From NCBI RefSeq assembly GCF_006345805.1, contig NC_043003.1, forward strand, positions 22,382,001 through 22,446,000: a DNA stretch of 64,000 bases, in the 5' to 3' direction. The stretch comes from Octopus sinensis (lineage: Eukaryota). Position numbers and translations under genes: made by a program. Below are positions 39,379 to 55,675 of this stretch, in pieces; the stretch's first letter is position 1; every line of letters begins with the position of its first letter. The notes below the pieces were generated by a model. It had not been told where the DNA came from and did not search any database. It saw only the letters and a list, made by a program, of their open reading frames with translations.

Positions 39379-39613
39379 ATGTATATATATATTATATATG
39401 GCCGAAGTTAAGTTAATATTTGTCATTTCCTGAATAATCCCGCTGTGCATACATGTGCGAATATATATGTGTATGTGTGCGCACGCGTGCGTGTGTTGAA
39501 TAAAACGCTTTTGGTAGTGGACAGCATAAAATAATAATAATAACACTCTCTATATAGCAAATATCCCCCCACAAAAAATAACTACCACCAGCAGGCTAGG
39601 TACTCAGAGTAAA

Positions 39614-40458
<845 letters not shown>

Positions 40459-40732
40459 TATACGAAGAGGATACACAAAATGTGTATGTATAAATAAATA
40501 TATAAATGAATAAATAAATAAATAAATAAATAAATGCAAATGGTTATTCGACGAAAACAAATATGTTAAGTGATTGTTCAATGCTTGATTGTATTTCTTA
40601 TTTGTTTATCTATTTATGATTTCGGTTATGTTTGTGGAAACACATACTTCAAAACGTATAAACAAAATGCACACACATGTCAGTGTGTATGCGTGTATGC
40701 ACATGCGTTTGTGTGTGCGTGCATATATATAA

Positions 40733-40808
<76 letters not shown>

Positions 40809-41649
40809 TGATATATAATATATATATATACAAACATACACACCTAGATATATATAAACATATATATATATATAAAACTCTCATGAACGAATATGTATTT
40901 ATACGATACATACATACATACAAATTTCTTCATCTTTCTGATTTGTTATGAGTTTAAATCAAAATATTAAATATTCATATCTGAATATATAAATATACCT
41001 GAACTTATTGATAAATTTTCGAATATAAGTAAGTATGTTAGTAAGTTTGCATCTATGCTTGTGTGTATGTCACTCTTAGTACAACCGATAACATGCAGCT
41101 TAGTATATGATCTGACAGTCGGCTACTAAACATGGCTGCTTGGTGAGGAGAATAATTTTCATTGGATGATTTCGCTGGACGACAAGCAAAGCCAGTCAAA
41201 CGGCGGATGAACTGAGCAGCGTCAACGATTATCAAACAGTTGGATGGGGAGAGACCTCTAGTCTTTTGTTTCAGTATCTTTTTAGGAGAAAGAAAACTCT
41301 GCTGAAACACCTACGATTTCGTTTGCATTCATTCATTGTTATAATCTAATTCTTCTTGAAGGCGGCGAGCTGGCAGAATCGTTAGCACGCTGGGTGAAAT
41401 GCTTAGCGGTATTTCGTCTGTCGCTACGTTCTGAGTTCAAATTCCGCCGAGGTCGACTTTGCCTTTCATCCTTTCGGGGGTCGATAAATTAAGTACCAGT
41501 TACGCACTGGGGTCGATGTAATCGACTTAATCCGTTTATCTGTCCTTGTTTGTCCTCTCTGTGTTTAGGCCCTTGTGGGTAGTAAAGATGATACAATCTA
41601 ATTCTTCTTTTTGGGCAAATGCATACGTTGTGTAGAGAATAACATTGGC

Positions 41650-41975
41650 CATATGTAGAACATTCCTCACTTTAAAAAAAGGTTCAGATTTAAGCATCGC
41701 TTCATTTTCAACATCTCTGTTGTTTGCATACTATGGGTGGCCATTGAAAAAGGCAAAACACTCAATGTATGAAAAATTCTAAGTTGGAACGAATGCATGC
41801 GTCAGCGTGAATGGTACACTCTCTGAATACCTGCTGCAGGCGGTGCCCATTGTTACCACATCTGTGCAAAAGAGTTTACGTCCCTCGAAGGACTGAAGAG
41901 CCACATCCATGCTGCTCATATTTAATAGAACAACCGAGAGATGGCATTGCTTAAACTTCGGTTGCAGCCATCAAG
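41650..41975 (+). mobile_element. Decayed RTE-clade LINE 3' end
   Basis: C-terminal zinc-knuckle remnant HICAKEFTSLEGLKSHIHAAH. Another RTE relic lies at ~57730-58090(-). Confidence 0.55.
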
Positions 41976-42227
41976 CATGCATGCATTCATGTATGTATAT
42001 ATACACATATGCATGTGTGTATGTATGTATGCATGTACATATGCACGTGTGTATGTATGTATTTATGTAGTATGTATGTATGTATGTATGTATGTATGTG
42101 CGTATGTGTATGTATGTGTGTGTGTGTATGTATGTATGTTTGTATGTATTTTTCTACTCTAGGCACAAGGCCCGATGTATGTATATTTTATGCATGTTTA
42201 ATGTATGTATATGAAAACGAGTCAATG

Positions 42228-42259
<32 letters not shown>

Positions 42260-42260
42260 C

Positions 42261-42293
<33 letters not shown>

Positions 42294-42317
42294 TGTATGT
42301 ATGTATGTATGTATGTA

Positions 42318-42775
42318 TGTCTCCTTCCATTCACAAGTTCTCCATAGAGCATCTGCTTAGGAATACTTCTATCCTTCATTCTAATAAGGTGTCCAGTCCA
42401 ACGCAACCGGTGCTTGTGCACCATCGCCTAAATACCCAAGATATCAGCTGTCCTCAGGATCTGTGTGTCTGGAATTTTTGAGGTCCAGCTAACATTGAAA
42501 ATGTGTCTGAGACATCTCTGATGAAAACGTTCAAGGACCCTTACCTGACGTTTGTACAGGGTGAGCTGCGCGAAAGCGCACGGCTCGTATAGTGAATGGG
42601 GAAAGCTTGGTCTGCAATGTTTGCAGTCGTGTATGCTTGTCAAGAGCAAGGCTCATTAGCCACCAACGGAGCCGCAAACGCAAAATATAAGTTAGTCCTA
42701 GAGCGCACAATGTTCCTGAAGGTCGGCAATGGTCTTCCTCGGTCACGAGTGGACGGCCATCATCATATATCATGT
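42318..42775. mobile_element. RTE-clade LINE fragment with inverted 5' segment
   Basis: 42318-42561 minus: LERFHQRCLRHI...RLRWTGHLIRMKDRSIPKQMLYGEL. 42562-42775 plus: CNVCSRVCLSRARLISH plus 3' tail. Confidence 0.8.
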
Positions 42776-44399
42776 ATGTATGTATGTAAAGACCCCCTTC
42801 GGTCATGAATGACCATGGGATTGCACCTAGAAAGTTACCCTCCTAGACACAAGTCCGGGCAAGGTTGTCTATGGAAGACCAGCAGTCGCCCATGCATACC
42901 AGCCTCCCCTCTCCACGCCACCAGTGTTATCCAAGGGAAAGACAAAGGTCGATACAGCTTGGCCCCTGTGACGTCGCAACTCATTTCTACAGCTGAGTGA
43001 ACTGGAGCAACGTGAAATAAAGTGCTTTGCTCAAGAACACAACACGCAGCCCGGTCCGGGATTCGAGCTTACAAACTCACGATCGTAAGCTCGACGCTCT
43101 AACCACTGAGCCATTGTATGTATGTATGTATGTATGTATGTATGTATGTATGTATGTATGTATGTATGTATGTTTGTATGTATCTGTGTGTGCATGTGGA
43201 TGTATGTATGTGTGTATGTGCGTGAGTCGTTGTGTGTGTGTGTGAGTGTTGTTGTGTGTGTTAAGTATAACTTTTCATCAGATATTAGATAAACAAGTCT
43301 CCAACTAGGTGACAAGACCCCTTTTGTTGGGTATGTTTAGAAAGCATCTAGGCATTAATATAAGCTTTCAGTTTTTCTTTTTCTTTTTGAAATACGCATG
43401 AATGTATTTCACTTCTCTTTATTCATACATTAAAATTCCCCTGAAACGCACATAAAAAATATTTTCTAAGAAATAATGTCTTTTAAGGAAATTCAAACGT
43501 TGTTATTTGCTGTTGTCGCCGTGTTTTTGTTACTTAACAACAACAGCAACAACAACAACAGGAGTATACCAAAATAATCATCTGCTTTAGAAATTGATAA
43601 AAAAAACAACGCCTTTGAAATTTTTAGTGTTCCAGCAACACAAGGAATTTATAAAAGTCAGATGAAGTAGGTTGTTGTATAATCTTGTTTTATATAGAAT
43701 CATAGAACATTGTTTATGTAGAAAATGGGTGGGGAGGGGGAAACGACTGACAAGATAAATTACAGGAATTGTGAGGTCGATAAATTAGAGGAAGTGTAAG
43801 GTCACCTCATGATACGTGTGCTCAAATCCGCATAAGAGAAGAGCAGTTTCGTTCCGTTAAGCTTTTGAACAGGACAGCTCTATACAACAAAACAAACCCC
43901 ACTACACTCTACACAACAAAACCTCACTTCACCTAACAATAGGACGGACACACACACACATATATATATATACACACACACACACACATATACATATATA
44001 TTTCCGAATTTGTGTAAATGTGTATAGATAATACATTATTTGAATAAAGTTACACCATGCTCTGGTTTTCACGTTTTCTATTATTGTATTTTTAAAAATT
44101 CTTTTGCAATGTTGAAGTGTATTAAATATTAAAAAAAATATTTAGTAAAATTCATAAAGTTCAATTAGCGCTTTCATACGTTCTTAGTAATCATCAAATT
44201 TCAAAATGTATTGACTGACAGTTGACTTCTTGATAACTGTAGTAAAATGACTGACTTCTCCCTTTTTATACCTTTTAAAAGGCTCCGACAAGCAGAATTT
44301 TTCGAATACGGTTTTGACCAATCAGCATACAGCTTAAACGTCACAATTTGTCGGGAGCACCGATATTACTGGCAGACCCCACTTCTCTGATTTCTCTAT

Positions 44400-44518
44400 T
44401 GATGTTCTCCTTCAGTTGCACCAGGGTCTCCGGTTTGTTGATGCAAACCCTCTCTTTCAGGTATCCCCACAAGAAAAAAATTCGGGCTTGTCAAGTCTTG
44501 GGAACGTGAAGGCCATTC
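44400..44518 (-). mobile_element. Tc1/mariner-superfamily transposase fragment (WPxRSPDL-FFLWGYLK type)
   Basis: WPSRSQDLTSP(N)FFLWGYLKERVCINKPETLVQLK with a frameshift. Confidence 0.7.
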
Positions 44519-44906
44519 AAAGTAGACCTCATACATGGTTCCATATATATATATATATATATATTTATATTACTAGCTGTACCCATAGAAATTCCACGTT
44601 TCTCTTGAAAACTTGAAGATTGTTCGAAATTTATAGATAGTTTTGAAATACTCTTTACTCTCTTTTACTCTTTTACTTGTTTCAGCCATTTGACTGTGGC
44701 CATGCTGGAGCACCGCCTTTAGTCGAGCAAATCGACCCCAGGACTTATTCTTTGTAAGCCTAGTACTTATTCTATCGGTCTCTTTTGTCGAACCGCTAAG
44801 TTACGAGGACATAAACACACCAGCATCCGTTGTCAAGCATGTTGGGTGGGAAAACACTGACAGAAAACGTATGCACACACATACATACATATGATATATA
44901 TATATA

Positions 44907-44979
<73 letters not shown>

Positions 44980-46129
44980 TATATGCGACGGGCTTCTTTC
45001 AGTTTCCGTCTACCAAATCCACTCACAAGGCTTTGGTCGGCCCGCGGCTATAGTAGAAGACACTTGCGCAAGGTGCCATGCAGTGGGACTGAACCCGGAA
45101 TCATGTGGTTGGTAAGCAAGCTACTTACCACACAGCCACTCCTGTTTTTTTTGTTTCGTTTCCGAATGTCTGTTTTTTCCAGAACTGTTTGTTTCTTGAA
45201 TTCGCTCAAAGTTCAATAGGTAGTACTTCTGAAGATGCAGTGTTTGGGAATAACATCTTTGAAAATTATCTTCTTTGTTGTACACTTTTCACCTCTTTTA
45301 CTTTGACAGTTATTATCTGTTATTCACGAACAACAGATAGGAAAATCAAGAAGTGAATTCTTTTAGGAACCTGTATACGCCCGTGAGAAAAAACTTGCGC
45401 CTTAAAATCTTGTGACTTGTTCACCATTGAAAACACTAAACGTATTGGAAATTGATCAATCTCAAAAACGCAAGGTAAAAGATAAATTGGCATCACTTAG
45501 GCAGATTTTGATCCATGGAATAAGACCTTTGATTTTGAGTGTGCATTATCAATCACCTCGATATCCATGCAGATATTGTAGAGGTTAGTAATTTATATGC
45601 TTATTACGTTACATAATCCTTGTGGAAGGGATCTATTTCGTAAGAGCCAAACTATTACACCAAGGCATTAATTCAAATTTATGAGGTGGCATTTACTTCA
45701 GATAATACTAACCTCTTCGTCATTCATGCCGCAACGGATTTTCTCGTATATCTTCCGAATTTGGTAACTTCCCTCTTCTCTTAAACTTTTCGCGAATCTT
45801 CGTTCGTTCGTTCGTTCGTTCGTTTATTGCTTCTCTTCGCATTTTCATGCTGACTATGTTATCAAAATTACTGAAAGTGTTATTGAAAGAATAATGTAAT
45901 CTTTTATCCTTTCGTTTACTTGTTCCAGTCATTGGATCGCGACCATGCTTGGGCACCGCCTTGAAGTACGAAGCCGAACAAATCCAACCCAGTGCTCATT
46001 CTATTGTACTAAGTTACGAGGATGTAAACCAAAACGGGTTGCCAAGCGATGGTGAAGGATTAACACAAACGTTCACACACACATACACACAAACGTACAC
46101 ACACACACAAACGTACACACACACACAAA

Positions 46130-46180
<51 letters not shown>

Positions 46181-47814
46181 CGCACACTCGCACACACGCT
46201 AGCACTCCGTCGGCTACGACGACGTGGATTCCAGCTGATCCGATCAGCGGAACAGCCTGTTAGTGAAATTAACGTGTAAGTGGCTGAGCATTCCAGAGAC
46301 ACATATGCTCTTGTAACGTAGATCTCAGGGTGTTTCAGCGTGACACAAAATGTGACAAAGTTGGCCCTTTGAAATACACGTACAACTCATTCTTGCAAGC
46401 TGAGTGAACTGGAGCAACGAGAAATAAAGTGTCTTGCCCAAGGGCACAATGCGCTACTGGGAATCGAACTCACGACGTTACGATCTTCAACCGAATATCC
46501 AAATCACTTAACTTTTTTTTTTTTTTGCTTTTTCAACGGTTTTAATAAGCTTGAGGCTTTTCCGATGACAAGACTTGTATTTAAGAAAGAGACTGGAAGT
46601 GGAGCTGTCGCTGTTGAGGTCTAGCCGAGGCCCACGAAATATAGTGCGGGTAACCTTCAGTCAGAAACACCAATGGCCGTTGCCGCAGCTCCTCCGTCTG
46701 CATCATGGTGCGATGTCAACACCACACGCCTCATGTGCTTTAGCTTGCGAGCTGAGGCGGCGGTGTACCAGGGTGTAGAATTTAGAATCAGCACATGAGA
46801 GATTAGTTTAATACGTTATTCAAAATCGTTATCGCGTGGAGCAAAATGCTTAGCGGCATTTCAACCGTATTTATGTTCCGAGTTCAGATTCCGCCCAGGT
46901 CGACTCTGTCTTTCATCCCTTCTCAGGGTAGATAAAATAATTAACGGTTAAACACTGGGGTCGATGTAATCGACTTAGCCCCTTCCTCGGTCTTACTGTC
47001 CTTGAGCCAAAATTTTAAGCCAAAATTTCTACCTTAAGAATTTTCCATTATAAATTCCTTCTCACATTCACTTTTATTTGTCTAATCTTGGTTTACCCTT
47101 TGTTAATCAGCATACAAGGAATATTTTCCTCTTTGTAATCATATCTTGTGCTTGCTTTATACATCTTTGGTCTATTTTCGTGGCTTACATTTTTTTCTGT
47201 TTTCCAGTTTGATGTGGCATTCGCGTTGTTTGTATTTTTCCTTTTTTTGTCGTGTTATTCACATTCTTGTTTGCATTTTGTATTCACGTTATTCATTTAT
47301 TCTTCTGTTTGTTTCAGTCATTAGACTGTGACCATGCTGGAGCACCGCCTGGGAGGATTTAAATCTGAAACTTGGTTCTTAATCTACGGGTTCCTTTTAA
47401 CCGAACTGTCAGTGTTATGAATACGAAAGTAAACACCAGTTATTAAGCAGTGAGAGATATACCCGAATGCACATGCGCGCACACACATACATACACATAA
47501 ATACATACATACAAATACACATACGTACATACATATGTGTATACACACGTACATACATACATACATACACGTATGTACATACATATGCATACACAAGTAT
47601 ATACATATATACACATACGTTCATATATATACGTGTATATACACGTACATACATACACACATTTGTTCATGCATATGTGTATAAACACGTACCTACATAC
47701 ATACACATACATATGCACATAGACGAACTCACACTTACATATATACGACGTGTTTCTATACAGCATTCATAAGGGATTGCTTTATATTTTACGATTATTA
47801 TTATTATTATTATT

Positions 47815-48368
47815 GAGTGAGAGAGCAGTGCATGCCATCAAAGTGACACTGGGGTAAAATATACGAAGCCCAGTATACCCATCATGACTACCCATCTGAT
47901 AAGGGTACACCAGGCACATGCATCACAAGCATATGTGCGCCACATGGTGATCTCATATCAAGATAAACAGAGCATGACCTTGCAGGTTGGGCCCAGTTAG
48001 AATTTTCTTCTGATCGAGTAGCCCAACCCGCTCAAAAGGTCTCTGAATAAGGATTGTTTAAGGATGCTGAACGAACCACCCACGTTTCCAAAGGTGAATT
48101 ATCCAAATCTCTAAGAATTCCTTTCAACACATGGCTATGATGCTCCCCCACTACTTCTGCTTGTGATCAGAGATGCACATATTGTCAGCCACTGAGGGAC
48201 ATGGTCAACTGGTTAAGGTCAAACAACTGACAAGCAAATCTGTGGTATTGAGCAGAATATTTGCTGCAGCCCATCTTTTATACCAAGACAAAACAATGTA
48301 CATGATAACACTTCCAATCAGTTAAAATCAGAAGCCAAGTGAGCCACTGCCTGGTACTGCATCAGAGC

Positions 48369-48372
<4 letters not shown>
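47815..48372. mobile_element. ~560-bp complex-sequence element inserted in a (TTA)n tract
   Basis: Non-coding block with sharp boundaries and (TTA)n on both sides. Confidence 0.55.
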
Positions 48373-48421
<49 letters not shown>

Positions 48422-48425
48422 GTAG

Positions 48426-48461
<36 letters not shown>

Positions 48462-48517
48462 TAGTAAGAATTCAAATGGTCGTGTGCAACCGGTAAAGAA
48501 AGTGTTTGTTCACTTAC

Positions 48518-48667
48518 TTGTGCAAATCTCTCCCGGAGCGCGCACTATGTCGGGTGAAATGTCATCGTAACCTGCTTTACATTTGCACAAAAATGATTTC
48601 ATGTAATGTGTACAGGTGGCGTTCAGGCTGCAGTAGTTGTAACTGGAATCTTGACAGTGGTTGTATT
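48518..48667 (-). CDS. SEA/EGF transmembrane protein, Ca-binding-type EGF exon (EYNHCQDSSYNYCSLNATCTHYMKSFLCKCKAGYDDISPDIVRAPGEICT)
   Basis: ttgttttttcag acceptor, gtaagt donor, 150 nt, phase 1-1. Six cysteines with EGF spacing and a CxxGYxD...PGxxC long-loop pattern. Confidence 0.9.
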
Positions 48668-48827
48668 CTGAAAAAACAAAAAAAAAACAAAACATAAATA
48701 ACAACAACAATGACATCAACAGCAAAATCAAAACTTCAAAACCACATTCAACACTTTTATAACAAATCTTCACTTTATTATTGGCTTTCAGAGAACGTCC
48801 TTCTCTCCATCCATCCATCCGTCCGCC

Positions 48828-48868
<41 letters not shown>

Positions 48869-49356
48869 GCGCACGCACACGCACACACACACACACACAG
48901 ACACAGACACATACACACACAAACCTGTTGTGCTGATGCAGGCTATTAAGTCAGAAACACGTGCCGCGATTATCCTCTTATCTCCAAGTAACAAAGCCTG
49001 TCTTTTTTTCCTTATTGGCATGTCAGTTTTGCAGAGTTCTTGATTCTTCAGATATCTTCCCCATCGCAAGTGGAGCTATCTTTAATTGTCCTTAATCATC
49101 AATGGTGACACTTCTTCCACAAGCAGCGATAAGTCAAATAAATCAAATATCTATGTTGTATATCGCATTATGTACTTGCATTTGTCCATGTTCTTCAAAT
49201 ACATGCCTAGGCTACTTTGATTTACCTCACTAAGCTCATTTTTGTTTATATACATACACGCATGCATACATGTACAGACGCAATACATATATTATATATA
49301 TACATACACATATATCTATGCATGTATGTACACACACATATATGTATGCATGTATA

Positions 49357-49424
<68 letters not shown>

Positions 49425-49511
49425 TCACATGAATGTGGTACTTAAGCTGAGGCATCAGAATTTAGTACGGTATTATCCATACAATTTCAAAGTAAGGTGA
49501 TTAAAATCAAA

Positions 49512-49710
49512 ATAAGCAACAAGGATATCCAGAGGGAATGCAGTACGATCGTTTCATACAAGTCCATTTAATTGAACAATGTAGTCATTACGTCAATTTA
49601 AAATGCAGAGCAATCCTTTGCATTTTAAATTGATGTAATGATTGCATTGTTCAATTAAATGAAGTTGCATGAAACGATCGTACTGCATTATCTCTGAATA
49701 TCCTTGTTAC

Positions 49711-49714
<4 letters not shown>
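49512..49714. repeat. Imperfect fold-back palindrome (~97-bp arms)
   Basis: ataagcaacaaggatatccagag...aaaatgcagag is mirrored by ctttgcatttt...ctctgaatatccttgttacttat. Flanked by (TA)n and (TATC)n. Confidence 0.85.
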
Positions 49715-49780
<66 letters not shown>

Positions 49781-49781
49781 G

Positions 49782-49830
<49 letters not shown>

Positions 49831-49891
49831 ATATATATATATAATATATATATATATATATGTATTCCACCTGCCTTCGTCTTTTGTTTAT

Positions 49892-49930
<39 letters not shown>

Positions 49931-50119
49931 CATGGTGTCCAAAAACAGTGAGTTCATATAAAGGAAATAATAGTTTCTTCATAAAGTTTGTTGGGATTAG
50001 AAGTTTGAATGTGAAATTAAGGAATAAAGGAAAAAAAAGCACAGATTAAATATACTTGTTTATTTTATTTGTGTTGCTTACTTAATACAAAGTTCTAAAA
50101 CTTTCTGGTCAGTAGCGAC

Positions 50120-50226
<107 letters not shown>

Positions 50227-51058
50227 GACATGTATGTATGCATACGTACATATTAAAAATACAGCGTAGTAAGTTTGTCTCTTGTAAGACAATACTCCAA
50301 CTATGCATTTACGGTACCAATATTGGTATAAAATTCTGCGATATTTGACTGGTCCATAGGGGAAATACGAAATTCGGTAGATATTAAAATCTGAAAGTAT
50401 TTATATGCGTTTGAAGCTTCTGCAGAAATAGTAATATCGACAGGTTCTGTTTCAGTAGAATGGAGGGAGGGAAGAGGCTTAAAACCAGTCATAACTTCTT
50501 TTGAATGCTGTACAGAATTACTCAGTATCTGTTATGTATAACAGTGGCAATAAATAAATAAATACTTTGATACAAAGAGCTAAAACATGCAGAGAACAAT
50601 AAGTTCATGGTAGTAGTGAATTCCTTCACAATAACCGTCCATGAAATCTCAGAAATGCCAGACCAATGTTTCTGACGAAAGACCTGGAAGAGCAATATTC
50701 AGCATTCGAAAAACAGGTTAGTCATAGATAATTTTGTTGTGTAAATTCATTTCCTAATATCAACCTGAGGCTAATATTGTTTCAAATGACAGCACAAAGC
50801 CAGCAAATTTAGTGTGAAGGATAAGTAGATTAGGTATTTAATCGACACCGAAAGGATAAAAGGCGAAGTCAACCTCGAGCTTAGAACGCAAAGCCGGAAA
50901 ATTGCTGCTAAGTACTTTGTCCTGTGTGCTTACAGTTTTGCCAACCCACCACATTAATATGGATATAAATTTTCCCTTTCTTCTAAATACACAAGACCTG
51001 AAATTTTGTGGGGAGAGGCTAGTTGAATACACAGACTCCAGTACTCAACTGGTACCTA

Positions 51059-51624
51059 TTGGGTTGTCCGGAAAGTTCGTGCCGATTTTTAAAGGAAAGC
51101 AAAAGGTCAATAAATACTTGCTATTACATTTTTAATCAATCAAATATGAACCATTTTGTTTCACAATGCGTCTCCATCTTTCTTTTAACTTGAAAACACC
51201 CTCTTCCCATAATTGAGGTGGTTTCATGGCAAAGAATTCATCAAGGTATCTTTTTACGTCATCCAAGGATTTGAAATTTTTACCATTAAGACTATTCTGC
51301 AGAGACCTGAATAAGTGGAAATCCGAAGGAGCAATACTTGGTGAATATGGAGGGTGGGGTAACACATCCCAGCCGAGCTGCAGCAATTTTTGTCTGGTTC
51401 CCAAAGCATCAAGTGCCGAAAATGAACTTTCTTATCCTCCATTTTAAAGGGTTACAGAATTAACACAGGTTATAGGAACATAAATCTTCTTCCACGAAAA
51501 GATAGCTTAAAATGTGCTCTAAATGGAGGTGTAGTCAAATCCTATTTTATGGATTCAATCATGTTCTAAAATTAGTCGAAATGTAAGCTACTATAAATCG
51601 GCACGAACTTTCCGGACAACCCAG
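51059..51624 (-). mobile_element. Non-autonomous mariner deletion derivative, copy 3, inserted into a family-A SINE at TA
   Basis: TIRs and HPPYSPSIAPSD. SINE sequence actggtacc|ta...ta|ttttatcgac resumes on both sides. Confidence 0.92.
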
Positions 51625-52997
51625 TATTTTATCGACTTCGAAGGACGAAAGGCAAAGTCGACCATAGAAACATTTGAACTAAAAAACGTTATGACGGAAG
51701 AAATGCTACTAGACATTTTGAGTTCTAACGATTCTGCTAGCTCGCCACCTTGAGGCTAATGTTAACATTAACAGGAAATATAATCTCCCTTGGACTCCGG
51801 ACGGTTACATTGTGTTATATGTTGAAGATCATATTTTCAAAATTCAAGAGCAGAAATGGCTGCAAATAGCAAATTAAGGAAAAAGATGGCGAAGCCCTTA
51901 TATTCCATTATGCCTTTAAAAATGTCGGTTATGCCCCGTTTTTATGAAAGGTATTGCACAACTCATAATTATCTAGTCCCAAATGTTCTTGTGGCACTAC
52001 TTTCCAATGTAGCATGATGTTGTTGGTCAAACAATATACAATGCCACCAAGACGAAAGAATGGCTTAATATAAACAGAAAATATTTGTTGTATACATACA
52101 TACATACGTGGAGGCGCAATGGCTCAGTGGTTAGGGCACTGGACTCGCGGTCGTAGGATCACAGTTCGATTCCCAGACCGGGCGCTGTGAGTGTTTATTG
52201 AGCAAAAGCACCTAAAGCTCCACGAGGCTCCGGCAGGTGGTGGTGGAGAAGCTTGCTGTACTATTTCACTGCAACTTTCTCTCACTCTTTCTTCCTGTTT
52301 TTGTTGTACCTATATTTCAAAGGGCCAGGCTTGTCACACTGTGTATCACGCTGAATCTCCCCAAGATCTGCGGTAAGGGAACATGTGTCTGTGGAGTGCT
52401 CAGTCACTTGCACGTTAACTTCATGAGCAGGCTGTTCCGTTGATCGGATCGACTGGAACCCTCGTCGTCGTAACAGACGGAGTGCCACGACATACATTCA
52501 TGTATACATACATAACTGGCACACCATCAGTTACGACGACGGGGGTTCTAGATGATTCGATCAATGGAACAGCTTGCTCGTGAAAATAACGTGCAAGTGG
52601 CTGAGAATAGAGTGTCCTATCTCGGAGAGATTAAGCGTGACACCGAGTGTGATGAGGCTGGCCCCTTTGAAATACAGGTACTATTCATTTTTGCCAGCTG
52701 AGTGGACTGGAGCAATGTGAAATAAAGTGCTTTGCTCAAGGACACAATGCGCCGCCGGGAATCGAACTCACGACCTTACGATCGTGAGCCGAATACTCCT
52801 AGCCACTTAGCCACGCACCTTCCCACACGCATAATACATACATACATACATACATACATACATACATACATACATACATACATACATACATACATACATA
52901 CATACATACATCTGTCCCTTCGTTCATACAGCTAGCCATATATGTATACGTACTTGCATGCATACATACAAACATGGATACATAATGCATACATACA

Positions 52998-53583
52998 TAA
53001 AACAATTTACAATGCTATCGCAAAAAAGACTGTTCTGAAAAAAACTTAGAAAATTCCTCTGTTATGGAATACATTCATAAATACCAACTCAAGGAATATT
53101 GGTGGAATATTCCCATCAAAATTTCTGTCAAATGTAAACATAGCATGCCGGATATTGTTATTTGGAACTGAAGGGCAAAGGTATGTAGCATCATAGAGGC
53201 TGCTGCCTTGCAGATATAAATATCTGTTTGAAAATCAAAGAAAAAGAGGACATTTATGAACAACTGCTTCGAAACCTCCAGCTTCTATATCCAGACAATG
53301 AATTCATATTCATGCCGATAATAATTGGAGCTCTAAGTTTTGTTAGTAAATGCTAAAAGGAGAATGTGGATAAATTGGGATTTTCAGAAAGAGAAATTGA
53401 CCGGCTGATTCGTACATTACAAGTGCAATCTGTGAGTGAAACAGTGAAATTACTCAAGACTTTTCTCAAGTTCTAAATGTGAATTTGTCTGTGTTAACAA
53501 CATCCCAAAGATGGAGCCTTGTATCTTTGTTGGAAACCGGTTCCCTCCTCAGTGGAAGATTTATAATTAAAAACTAGAAGAGA
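52998..53583 (+). mobile_element. 3' fragment of an RLE-type (R4/Dong-like) non-LTR retrotransposon
   Basis: YEQLLRNLQLLYPD...IIGAL...LIRTLQVQSVSETVKLLKTFLKF*. Flanked by catacat. Confidence 0.75.
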
Positions 53584-54288
53584 CATACATAAAAATGTGA
53601 CAACCGATGCAGACTTTGTGGAGTCCATACTTAAGATATCACCCACATCATAAGCAGTAGTCTGAAAATGTCATCACGTTATTATCTACCGATGAGACAT
53701 GATGTTGTATCTAGGACACACTATAATGAAACCCATCGGAAGGATAACCTCGAGGACATAAAAATAAGAACCCATAGTATGGTAGAAGCCATAGCCACTT
53801 ATAATGAAAAGGAATACTGGTGGAATGTCTCAGTGAAGACCTCAATAAAATTTAAGTACAAAAGACCTGATATAAAGATTTGAGATGGAGAAGAGAAACT
53901 GTGTACAGTTGTGAAAATTATCTGCCCAGCTGATGTTAACATAAAGCTGAAGATTAGTGAAAAAGAGAATACCTATGCTGAACTATTGAGAAATCTGCAG
54001 TTACTCTATCCAGATTACAAGTTCAGATTTATACCTGTAATTATCGGAGCCCTGGGATATGTAACACACTACCTAAATACCAACCATGAGAAATTAGGCA
54101 AGCTAATTCGAAGACTACAGATCCAATCCATCACTGGAAGTGTAAAAATCTGTAAAACTTTCCAGAAGTTTGTAATTCAAATATGATCATGTCTAGATAT
54201 GCAACTATATGCACAAAACAAAACAAGCAAATATGCATACATACATACATACATACATACATACATACATACATACATACATACATAC

Positions 54289-55596
<1,308 letters not shown>

Positions 55597-55601
55597 CATA
55601 T

Positions 55602-55675
<74 letters not shown>

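Noticed and set aside
41610-41672. EGF-like peptide EECSTYGQCYSLHNVCICPK on minus
   Set aside because: Splice phases do not fit and it overlaps an RTE relic on the opposite strand. The real EGF2 exon is at 35900-35966.
48925-49075. Possible exon LHLRWGRYLKNQ...ACISTT on minus
   Set aside because: Purine-rich acceptor, weak gtttgt donor, no recognisable domain, and not needed for the model.
50313-50528. Possible extra exon on minus (ILSNSVQHSKEVMTGFKPLPS...FYTNIGT)
   Set aside because: Open and AG/GT-bounded, but its phase-0 start cannot follow the phase-1 SEA exon, which already joins the EGF exon directly. It remains possible only in an alternative isoform.
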